Assembly: GCA_002269645.1 (NCBI GenBank)
Contig: NIVC01000980.1
Span: 1-64,000 of the forward strand
Length of the DNA stretch: 64,000 nucleotides
Direction: 5' to 3'
Source of the DNA: Macrostomum lignano
Taxonomy: Eukaryota
Positions 12,701 to 22,930 of this stretch are shown piece by piece. Position 1 is the stretch's first letter. Each line of letters begins with the position of its first letter. The position numbers and the translations under genes are program-made. A model generated the notes under the pieces. That model had not been told where the DNA came from, did no database searches, and worked only from the letters and a program-made list of their open reading frames with translations.

Positions 12701-14938
12701 GCATCGGCAGAGCTGCAGGCAGGACTCGGATCGCTCTGGCAGCGCCGCGGACTGTGACAACGCCGCCAGTGACAGGACCGTGCGGGCCGGGCTCCAGCAA
12801 CCAGCGAGTCCGAACTATCGTCGAGTTGTCAATCAGCATTCGCGCAGGCGGAATGAACAACCGAGGCAGAGACCGAGACGATGACGGACAAGCGATAGCC
12901 TCGGGCGCGGCACGGGTTGTTGGTATTGGCGATGCAGTTGTACTTTTAGACTGAAAGAGTCTTGACGTTGCCGGCACCATGTCGGGAACTGCTGGCGGCG
13001 GACGGCGCGGCTGCACTGGCAGGTCGACATTGTCGAAATCGTCAGAGTCGTAGTTGTCAAAGTCGTCAGGGTCAACGCTGAGCAGTGAGCAGCCGGGGTT
13101 GAGAAGACATGGATGCTCTGAGATAAAACTTAGCTAGCACTAAAACTTAAAAAGCCCATCTAAGATCTGAGTTTTTAAGTGTCACAACTACAGTGCTTTT
13201 TAGGAGATAGTTCAGAATTCAAAGGTCTTCGTGTCATAACATATGCCACGACAGGTCAGGTTAGAGAGGCTCAACAGTGTAAATAGTAGGGTAGAGATGT
13301 TGCTATTTTATTTGAATTTGAACTTTTAGACTGATGCCATATGGAATTCTGGTTTTCAATTTGGCATCCTACATTTGAACCTAGGATACCAGGCGGCACT
13401 GCAATTTTTTGTCTTTTTTCAACATTTGGCACAAAATTGGAACAAAAGTCTTATTTGCAAAAGTTTTAGTAGTAAACAGCACTAAGCTGTGAGCAAGATT
13501 CTTCCCTCTTTTTCTTTTAAAAAATGTTCTATACATATGCTCATATAATGCCTGTAATAAATTATATAACATTTAAAATAACTTGAGATTTACTAAGATA
13601 AGTTACAGAAACAATATATATATGGTACACAGATTTTTCTCTAAAAATTTGTTCTATTATACTTGTTAAACCAATTAAAAGGGAGCATTTGGACTATTGT
13701 CAAATAGTAATAGGGTATACTACTTTTATGAAATGTGATAAATGGCTAAATCACAAATATAGCTAGTACTAGCAATAATTTTTGAAGGGAAAGTCAACTA
13801 TAAATTATAATTATCTTGACAATAATTAACTACTTTATGGATCTATAAATTTAAATAACTTTTTATTTGAGACAAAATGACATTCTGAGATTAATACATA
13901 TAGATATATTGAAAAGGCAGGTAAAAGAATAAATAATGGCTAATAGAACATGAAGAGATCAGAGATTCATTAGCTGGCACATGGATAAATTTTAGAAAGC
14001 TAAGCTGGTTAAGCTAAGTTGGTTAAGGAGTGCTAGATGGCTTTAAAGGCTAGGCCCCTAATAGGCTACAAGCTCTAACTGGCTTAGGGATAAGTCTTGC
14101 CAATATATAGGCATGGCTAAGATGGCTAATAAAGAGAGAAGAAACATGAGAACTATAAAAGCTACAATAAGAAGGCAAAAGTGATAAAAAATCATGTGTA
14201 TAGCATTGATTGGCTAATAAGATTTAACAATTGTTATTATTAGTCTATTGTATTAAGCTATAAAAATGCTGCAATAAAAATATATTATTTTTAGTTTAGT
14301 GAAATAACAATAGATAATTTAAATTTTAAGATTATGCAGATAAATACAAATAACTTAATCACTGGTGCAGACAAAATAGATTAGATAAGGCTAAGTCATT
14401 GTTGTTATTATTAATACATATAATAAATTATTAGCTTTCTATTCTATATAATAAAAACATTGCACTGTTCTAGATATATTGCATAATTGTAAGAAATTTC
14501 AAAATAATAGTTTAATCATAATCAAAGTTTAGTAACAATTTATCAAAAGATATTATCAAGTTGCTTTATCAAAAGTTAATGTTTTTACATAAAAAGTTGA
14601 TACTACTATATGCTTGAAATTCAATTATGGTATGCCATTTCATTATAGGCCTAGGAATAGGAAGTTGTTGGGAATTTGATATACTATTAATATCCCAATT
14701 AGTAGGGCCTACTAAACCCATTAAAAGGAGTGAAACATTGTAAGTAAAACTACTTCTATCGATTATTATGAGGGATTGTAAGGCTAGTGTCTTTGAGAAC
14801 ATGAATATAAATTATAAGACAATAAAATAGAATGTACGTACTAACATACCCTAGTTTATTATCGTGACTTCTGCGCTGCACGGAAATGTTGACACATAAA
14901 AGCAGCATCAAAACTGTACCAAAATTTTGGAAAAACAT
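6725..14938 (-). CDS. NAGPA: NAGPA (mannose-6-phosphate uncovering enzyme)-like type I membrane protein, 7 exons
   Basis: Phase-consistent exons 14938-~14842 (signal peptide MFFQNFGTVLMLLLCV; donor uncertain, 14850 possible), 13117-12469 (GCLGQLVSDG..FGVTEAGEVFFG), 11593-11509 (FKQLIGGQGWLVRDG), 11420-11242 (SRSAIGRNRAGELSLVHIVG), 10381-10253 (LSDFADLLLRLG..VNGTL), 10056-9551 (EGF-like Cys repeats), 6999-6725 (TM LVGLTAVLSLSLLLNLCLL and tail YQPL). Order and motifs follow vertebrate NAGPA as recalled. Confidence 0.85.
7050..7235. repeat. 27-bp intronic tandem repeat
   Basis: Unit GGAACATCAAAGGTCAAATTTGGCGCC, ~7 diverging copies. Confidence 0.9.
7700..8525. repeat. 20-24-bp purine-rich intronic minisatellite
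   Basis: GAGAGTCAGTCACA(GA)nGAAT units with a variable GA count. Confidence 0.95.
8545..9545. repeat. 14-bp intronic minisatellite abutting a splice donor
   Basis: CAGACACGGAGAGT/CAGACAGGGAGAGT variants running up to the donor at 9546-9550. Confidence 0.95.
10420..11200. repeat. 22/24-bp intronic minisatellite with an internal inverted repeat
   Basis: GACACGATTCTCA(TGG/TTAGG/TATGG/ATAGG)TGAGATTTA units. Confidence 0.95.
11631..11795. mobile_element. Hairpin MITE, copy 1 (hAT-like family)
   Basis: 63-bp arms at 11640-11702 and 11731-11793 are near-perfect inverted repeats; TTGAGAC on both flanks; near-identical to the copy at 36468. Confidence 0.85.
11945..12033 (-). mobile_element. Truncated copy of the SINE-like family (3' part)
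   Basis: TTAGAGGCAGGGGG..CACAACCGGCGAG..GCATTACTGCC.ATTCC.CCGACTCCCCTGAGC is shared with 57320-57420. Confidence 0.75.
12050..12420. repeat. 21-22-bp intronic minisatellite
   Basis: TTAGACATCGATTAAGGGGTG units. Confidence 0.93.
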
Positions 14939-15407
14939 TTATTCTTTTTAGCTAGGTCAAATCAACTCAACAGTAATCAAAAGTTTGATATAAAATATTG
15001 GGCCGATAACGAATTTTAAATTTCAAGTAAAAACGTCCACGTTCTTTAGTAAACAGACTGAAGGTAACGAGATTTCAAACTTTTTAAAATTTTTGTTCAG
15101 TTTTTCATATGCGCATGTGCATCGGTTTGAAAAATGTAAAAGTCTTGCTTCTAAGAAGCGTCAATAAATAAAACACAAGTTTCTTGAGAAAACTTATTCT
15201 TTGCAGAAATTTTTAAATAGAAAAGTAAAAACGTAGAAAAATAAACATATAAACATTTTGAACTCGTTTTTAAAAACTATTTTGTTTCCTTTTCTGCATC
15301 CATGTAAGCTTGTTTAACTTGTTTATTGTATGTTGAATTATACCAAAGGACCTGGTCAAAATCATAATTAAGTGCTTTTTAAAGCATATAGATATCATCA
15401 ATCGGCA

Positions 15408-18400
15408 ATGAAAACACAAAATAAAGGAAAAACGAAGAAGTTTTCACTCAAAGTGCATTTTGATATCACAGATGAAACAATTTGTTTCGCTCGAGTGACT
15501 CCAAAGTCTACTATAAGAGATTTAAAAGGGTACATAGAGCTGGAAACTGGCATCCCATGCGAATTACAGAAGCTGAATTACTTGGATGCAGGTAATAAAA
15601 GGCTTGTTGAATTATTGAATTTTCAATAAAAATGCGTGTCTTGGCCAACTATTTTACTCAAAACTGGAATGAAAAACTGCATTTTCTTTCAGGAGACTTA
15701 CCAGACGAGCAAACAATAAAGAAGATTGAGATTGTACCAAAAGCAACAATCAATATGCAAGTTTGGCACACTTGGAGAGATTTAGTCGAAGCCTGCTGCT
15801 CGAGAGATATTGAATGGGTTCGTGCTTTTAATATTGAACTTTTTTACGACAGAAGGAGAACTTTAAACTAATAATTTGTACTCCTCATTAACTGGTCCCT
15901 TCAGAATTCAGAATAAATGACAAGATTGGTAAGAAACATAATAATAAAAAATCAAAACGTGCATCAAAATCATTTTATAGATATTAATACAGTACACTTT
16001 TTCAGATTTGGCCGTGCATTCTGGTTTATTTCACTGTGTGCATTTACGAGTAATTCGCACTTATTCTTCTTTTTATTGATCGCCCTGTCACTATCATGCT
16101 AATCTGCATTACAATAGAAATCTATATAGGAATAAATGGGGTTAAATATTAAAATAATATGTTACACTCAGAAATTAAATTCCATAGCTTTACACACGAA
16201 CGTCTAATCTCCTTCAATTTCATGAAGTTGTTTTCTCTCGGCGTAACAAAAGATTCAAAGTTTCAAACGCCAACCTCGGAGTACATGCTGCCCAAGCAGC
16301 GGCTGGAGTGGCTGCGGCAGAGAGCCGGGGTCGCACTGTTCATCGCCTGCCACAGGTCGCACTACGAGATGGCCAGCCAACTGCTCAGCAGCGGTGAGAG
16401 TTCAGAGACCAGAGAAAGCGGCTTAGGTTGTGATGAGTTTCGCTTAAAAATCTCTCTTTTCGGCTCAGGATGACGTTCCAAATCTCACCCCTTAGATTAA
16501 GTCTGCCGGTTTAAAGATCTCACCCCAGAGATTGGGAGACAGTAGAAAAGATCTCACCCCCAAAGATTGGGAGACAGTAGAAAAGATCTCACCCCAGAGA
16601 CTAGGTGACAGTAGAAAAGATCTCACCCCAGAGATTAGGTTACAGTATTATCCCTGCCTGGAATCTAAAGTCTGACACTTGCAAAGCCCTAGATTTTATT
16701 TCCAAGTCAGTGCTTACTCCGACTCGAATATTCGCCAATCTTCAACAAGGCGCGAATGTCAACGCCACCACGGCATTGGGACGCTCGCCCTTGCACGTGG
16801 CAGCGGCAAAGAACAATGGCGACATCATCAACCTGCTGCTGGAGAGCGGTGAGTTGTTCAGCTTCGACTTGATTCATGATTACTTCCGCTCTTCCATTTA
16901 GTTCCGCCGCTACCGACCCTCCAATCCCTGATCCCTGAATTGGCTTTTCTAATTTCAAAATCAGCTTCCTCAATCCAAAATCAGCTTTCCTAATCCCTAA
17001 TTTAGCTTCGTTAATCCAAAAATCAACTTTCCTAATTCCTAAATCAGTTCCTTAATTCCTAAATCAGCTTCCCTAATCCCATAAATCAGCTTCCCTAATC
17101 CCATAAATCAGCTTCCCTAATTCATAAATCAGCTTCCCTAATTCATAAATCAGCTTCCCTAATTCATAAATCGGCTTCCCTAATTCATAAATCAGCTTCC
17201 CTAATTCATAAATCAGCTTCCCTAATTCCATAAATCAGCTTCCCCTAATCCCATAAATCAGCTTCCCTAATCCCATAAATCAGCTTCCCCTAATCCCATA
17301 AATCAGCTTCCCTAATCCTATAAATCAGCTTCCCTAATCCTATAAATCAGCTTCCCCTAATCTAATAAATCAGCTTCCCCTAATCCCATAAATCAGCTTC
17401 CCTAATCCTATAAATCAGCTTCCCTAATCCTATAAATCAGCTTCCCCTAATCTAATAAATCAGCTTCCCTGATTCCATAAATCAGCTTCCCTAATTCCAT
17501 AAATCAGCTTCCCTAATTCCATAAATCGGCTTCCCTGATCCTACGCAGGCGCTGACGTGGACCTTGAGGACAAGAACGGGCAGAACCCCCTGGCCGTGGC
17601 GGCAGAATTCGGTCACAAAGGCTGCGAGAGGCGGCTGTTCATGTTCCGCTGGCAGCAGCGGGCCAAGTCCGCGAAGCCGCAGTTCCTTAATCCGACGCTG
17701 AAGGAGTTCCAGCGCTCAGATTCGGCCTATCCGAAGTGGCGCGTAGGCGAGTCGCTGCAGGTCTACCTGCAGAAGGTGCAGCCGCCCGAGGAGTTCATCG
17801 GGACGGCGCTGCACGCGCCGAGACGGAATTGGCACCGGCGGAGCTCCGCCACGCCGGAGGAGCTGCTGACTCAGCGGACAGCGTCTGGCAGGTGGGATGG
17901 AGGGGTATAGAGTGGAGGGTATAGACGGGAGGGTATAGGCAGGAGGGTAAATACAGGAGGGTATAGACAGGATGGATAGAGCGGAGGGAATGGACAGGAG
18001 GGTATAGACGGAAGAGTATAGACAGGAGGGTATAAACGGAAGAGTATAGACAGGAGGGTATAGAGCGGAGGGAATGGACAGAAGGGTATAGATGGGATAG
18101 ATAGAGTGGAAGGAATTGAGATTCGAGGGTCGGTAGCAATAGCAAAGAGAGGTAATGGGATAACTATGTACCAAAATTTGCAAAATCTAATCTTTTTTCA
18201 CTTGGGCAGCATATCATCAATGACTCAGCAGCCCGGTACATTAAGTCCCCCCCATCCTGCTGCAGGGCGATTTCCTACGAGCAGTGGCAGCAGAAGAAGC
18301 GCAACGAGCGGCGCAAAGTGATTGAAGACGAGCGGCAGGCGCGGGAGCAGGAGGAGGCCAAGCGGAAGAGGTGGGCCATTGGCCGGAGACTGGGCACTTG

Positions 18401-19194
18401 GGTCGCTGGTATTAAGATGTCCAAAATATTGCCCAGACCAGATACCCAATGTCCCAGATCGGATACCCAATGTCCCAGACCGGATATCCAATGTCTCAGA
18501 CCGGATACCCAATGTCCCAGACCGGATACCCAATGTCCCAGACTGGATATTCAATGTCCCAGACCGGATACCCAATGTCCCAGACCGGATACCCAATGTC
18601 CCAGACTGGATACTCAATGTCCCAGACCGGATACCCAATGTCCCAGACCGGATACCCAATGTCCCAGACCGGATACCCAATTTCCCAGACCGGATACCCA
18701 ATGTCTTAGACCGGATATTCAATGTCCAAAATTGAAACCTATGACCGAAATCTCGGACACCCAATGACCAAAATCTCGGATACCCCAATGACCAAAATCT
18801 TGGATACACAATGGCTAAAAATCTCGGATACCCCAAAACCCGCTATAGGCAGGAGCTGGACCAGCAGCTCGCCCAGCTGACTCGCCAGGCCTATGCTCAG
18901 CACGACGGCTCTGCAGGCGGCCCTGGCGGCCACGCCTTGCCGCCAATCGCTGGTCACGACGGCCAACAGGCTGACCCGCAGCACCCCGGCCAGCAGCAGC
19001 AGCGTCGGTCGGCGTTCCGACAGCGCCGACTGGATCCTCGGTTGAACGCCTACGAGCAGTGGCTGAAGGACCGGCAGGAGCGGCAGGACTCGCTGCCCGC
19101 AGCGGCGCCGCCGCCGCCCTACCAGGTGATGATCCAGGAGTTCTGCCGGAGAAAGTGCTCACACGATGAGCACGCGGATGAATTTTCGGATTGA
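15408..19194 (+). CDS. ANKRD60: Ankyrin repeat domain protein 60-like (N-terminal ubiquitin-like domain, ankyrin repeats, coiled-coil tail), 7 exons
   Basis: Phase-consistent GT-AG exons 15408-15591, 15693-15817, 16228-16393, 16750-16848, 17549-17891, 18266-18370, 18849-19194. Peptides TIRDLKGYIELETGIPCELQKLNYLDAG, WLRQRAGVALFIACHRSH and LGRSPLHVAAA parallel recalled human ANKRD60. Confidence 0.85.
16960..17545. repeat. 21-23-bp intronic minisatellite ending at a splice acceptor
   Basis: TAAATCAGCTTCCCTAATCCCA units; the last unit grades into CTGATCCTACGCAG (acceptor at 17548). Confidence 0.93.
17900..18115. repeat. ~20-bp purine-rich intronic repeat
   Basis: GGAGGGTATAGAC-type units starting just after the donor at 17892. 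Confidence 0.85.
18432..18835. repeat. 21-bp intronic minisatellite
   Basis: CCAGACCGGATACCCAATGTC units, degenerating toward the acceptor at 18848. Confidence 0.93.
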
Positions 19195-20006
19195 TTTTAT
19201 CGCGATCTGTACTTTTAAATGTTGCTTTGTACTTTTAAACTACATTTGTACTTTACTCATGTTACTTGTATTTTTGCCTGGTACATTTGTACTATTAGTA
19301 CGCGATTTGTACTTTTAACATGCCTTTTTTACTAAACGATTTTCGTCTTTTAAACATCCGTTTTGTACTTGTACTTTTAAAATGTATTTGTACTTTCAAG
19401 AAGTTATTTGTACTTTTAGCATAGCATGCGTTTTTTGAACGTTTTTAAGAAACGAATTTTAATGTTTTTCTTCTATTTTCAAAGCAGTAAAGTGCAGTAA
19501 ATAGCCAATTAGATGCGATCCACTTTTTGTTGCCTGTAAAAAAGAAATTTAACTTTTAATAGATTAATCTTGTAATTTTGAAACAACAGGCCATCAAAAA
19601 TGACGATTCTATTCCACAGATTCGTGTACAGGTATTATTTAATAGATTTTTACTAGTTAAAAAATTATAAAATAAGTTCAAAATTCAATAGCTTACTTTT
19701 CGGTTTTCTTTTGGTATCGTGTTTTGTATACACGGAACAGAAAAAGTATAAACGGGACCACAAACTAGAGATTGCAATGTGTATGCGTATAAATATATTT
19801 AGTACAGATAATCTTCTTCTTTACTTATCTAGCGAATATCAACATTCGGGTGAGAGCTTTGATAACAAACAGAAACTTAGCTGGCTATATTGCGTGCGCA
19901 ATAAATATTAATGAAATATTAATAAGTATTATAATATTGCTACTGTGCCTGCTGATTCATATGCTGAGCATTGCTAACTGTGTGTGTACTGAGCAGCACT
20001 GGTGGT

Positions 20007-20240
20007 GGGTCAGAGGGCGATTCCTAATGTGGGTCAGAGGGCGATTCCTGATGTGCGTCAGAGGGCGATTGCTGATATGGGTCAGAGGGCGATTCTTGAT
20101 GTGGGTCAGAGGGTGATTCTTGATGTGGGTCAGAGGGCGATTCCTGATATGGGTCAGAGGGCGATTCTTGATGTGGGTCAGAGGGCGATTCCTGATATGG
20201 GTCAGAGGGCGATTCCTGATATGGGTCAGAGGGCGATTCT
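20007..20240. repeat. 24-bp tandem repeat, ~10 copies
   Basis: GGGTCAGAGGGCGATTCCTGATAT units. Confidence 0.93.
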
Positions 20241-21172
20241 AAAACTGACATCAGAAAGCCAGTCGTGCGGAGTACATTTTGAGCTACTGATTATATACTA
20301 TATGTAAGAATAACTACTGTTAGCAGTATAAAAAAATAAACAGCCATTAATATAAAAAGCGTTACAAGTTGTGCAGTGCAGACGGTAGCGATTGCAAATA
20401 CAATATGCAAGTCCGCAGATAACCGGCCTAGGAATGAGGGGGGGGGCAAGACAAAAGCCAGACATACCTGAAATTATTAGCTTGAAAAATAGGTAGGAAA
20501 AATAGGATTCTACTACATTATAAACTGGGATCTGAGCAAATGATCTACAAAACACGCTAAAGATAGCTACAAGTGTGAAAAAGTATTTATATGGCACTAG
20601 AGTGATACGCTAACTACACTACTAGTTGCAGTACTAATAAACGGACAAGAAATGATCCAAGCTTATAAGCTTTAAATTAGCCAGCAGAGCAATAAAGTGA
20701 AGGATAATAGCAGAGCAGCTCTCACATCAATCAGAAAAAACCTGTAAGCTATCGTTCTCCGTGAATTCAAGCCAGACTCGTAAGGTAGAAAAATAGTTCA
20801 ATAAAATCCGTTGATAATTTTTAACAAGAAAAATAATGATTTTCCAAATCTCCGATGCATCTACCGTAACAGTTTAATCAATAAACATTGATAAAACATA
20901 TTTTGTTGTTTACAAATGCAAAAAAAACTTTGCGATATTTTACGGGCGTATAAAACTGAAACTCACTGGTGCTTACTAATATCAGTAGTGAGATAGTGCA
21001 TGCAATCGAGAAATTCAACAGTACAACAAGTCTACAAAATTAGAGAGACAAAAAATTTGCTTTAATAATGCGACAACGCAAGTTTTATAGCAACGGTTGC
21101 TATGGTTACTGCTGGTTTCCGTAATTAGTTACTATGCGTCTTCTACGTACGTAGCTTAGGTTCTACGTACCT

Positions 21173-21590
21173 GGTTGCTATGCAATGTTCAGTTTGTATG
21201 CTCCTGGTTTGTATGAAACTTTTAGTGTCTATGCAAGTGGTTGCCATGCAAAATTTAGTTTCCATGAACTTGGTTGCTATGCGACCTTTAGTTCTTATGC
21301 TCCTGGTTACTATGGTATTTTTAGTGTCTATGCAACTGGTTGCTATGCGACTATTGGTTTCTACTCATCTGGTTGCTATGCGACCTTTAGTTCTTTTGCT
21401 CCTGGTTACTATGGTATTTTTAGTGTCTATGCAACTGGTTGCTATGCGACTATTGGTTTCTACTCATCTGGTTGCTATGCGACTATTGGTTTCTACTCAT
21501 CTGGTTGCTATGCGACTATTGGTTTCTACTCATCTGGTTGCTATGCGACTATTGGTTTCTACTCATCTGGTTGCTATGCGACTTGGCTAA
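21173..21590. repeat. 33-bp tandem repeat with higher-order structure
   Basis: GGTTGCTATGCGACTATTGGTTTCTACTCATCT plus diverged variants; a three-unit block is repeated twice. Confidence 0.9.
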
Positions 21591-22221
21591 AGTTTGATAC
21601 ACTACTTACAAAGGAGACAGAAGTTTTTTAAACAGAGAAAAAAGGACCTACCAAAACCCAAAATCAATCCATACTACTTAGCAGTACCCAAAAAGAGACA
21701 ATTTCAGAAAAAGAACAAAAATTGAATCAAACACTGAAAGCGGCTTTAGAGCGGCCGCCAGAAAAAATATGGAATATTCGAGCGTATAAAACCACAAACA
21801 GTTAAAGTAACGCACAAGTCCAAGTAAAAATTATGCGATAATTTTGATTGAGAGAAAAATAATATATATAAACACTAAGCTATTATTATGCTTTGATAAG
21901 GGGCGGGACAAAAGAGGAAATTACGAGGCTGGGGCAAACTCAAAATTTCTTGAGCAGAGAAGAGCGACGATATTGGGATTTAAACAAATTTCAATACTTA
22001 ACTTACAATGTATATGTGTATATATATAAATATAGTAATGAGGATTTATAAAAACTGATAATTTAGTACACGTTTCCTTACACGACCGGATACACTGTTT
22101 AACCGACAATGAACTGAAGCGCACTTACACCTGAGATGGACCCTAATGGGTAAAACAGTGAGAACTTATTAAGACTACAGCATATCATTTAACAAAAGAG
22201 CTTTCAAGTCGAAACCTAAGC

Positions 22222-22860
22222 TAACGTCTCACACCTGAACCTAAGCTCATGTCTCACACCTGAACCTAAGCTCATGTCTCACACCTGAACCTAAGCTCAT
22301 GTCTCACACCTGAAGCTAAGCTCATGTCTCACACCTGAACCTAAGCTCATGTCTCACACCTGAAGCTAAGCTCATGTCTCACACCTGAACCTAAGCTCAT
22401 GTCTCACACCTGAACCTAAGCTCATGTCTCACACCTGAACCTAAGCTCATGTCTCACACCTGAACCTAAGCTCATGTCTCACATCTGAAGCTAAGCTCAC
22501 GTCTCACACCTGAAGCTAAGCTCATGTCTCACACCTGAAGTTAAGCCCATGTCTCACACCCTGAAGCTAAGCTCAAATCTCACACCTGAAGCTAGCCTCA
22601 AATCTCACACCTGAAGCTAGCCTTGAATCTCACACCTGAAGCTAGCCTCAAATCACACCTGAAGCTAGCCTCAAATCTCACACCTGAAGCTAGCCTTGAA
22701 TCTCACACCTGAAGCTAGCCTCAAATCACACCTGAAGCTAGCCTCAAATCTCACACCTGAAGCTAGCCTTGAATCTCACACCTGAAGCTAGCCTCAAATC
22801 ACACCTGAAGCTAGCCTCAAATCTCACACCTGAAGCTAGCCTTGAATCTCACACCTGAAG
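22222..22860. repeat. 23-25-bp minisatellite 3' of the OXR1-like stop
   Basis: TCTCACACCTGAACCTAAGCTCATG grading into TCTCACACCTGAAGCTAGCCTCAAA. Confidence 0.93.
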
Positions 22861-22930
22861 CGTATCAGATCCAGACCCAAGCCGCCCAAAAGTGAAACAA
22901 GCACAGTGCTCGCAGGTCAGCCAGCCCTTC

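Noticed and set aside
18225-18836. Several overlapping heptad-repeat ORFs
   Set aside because: 21-bp minisatellite inside ANKRD60 intron 6; skipping it gives an in-phase join 18370/18849.
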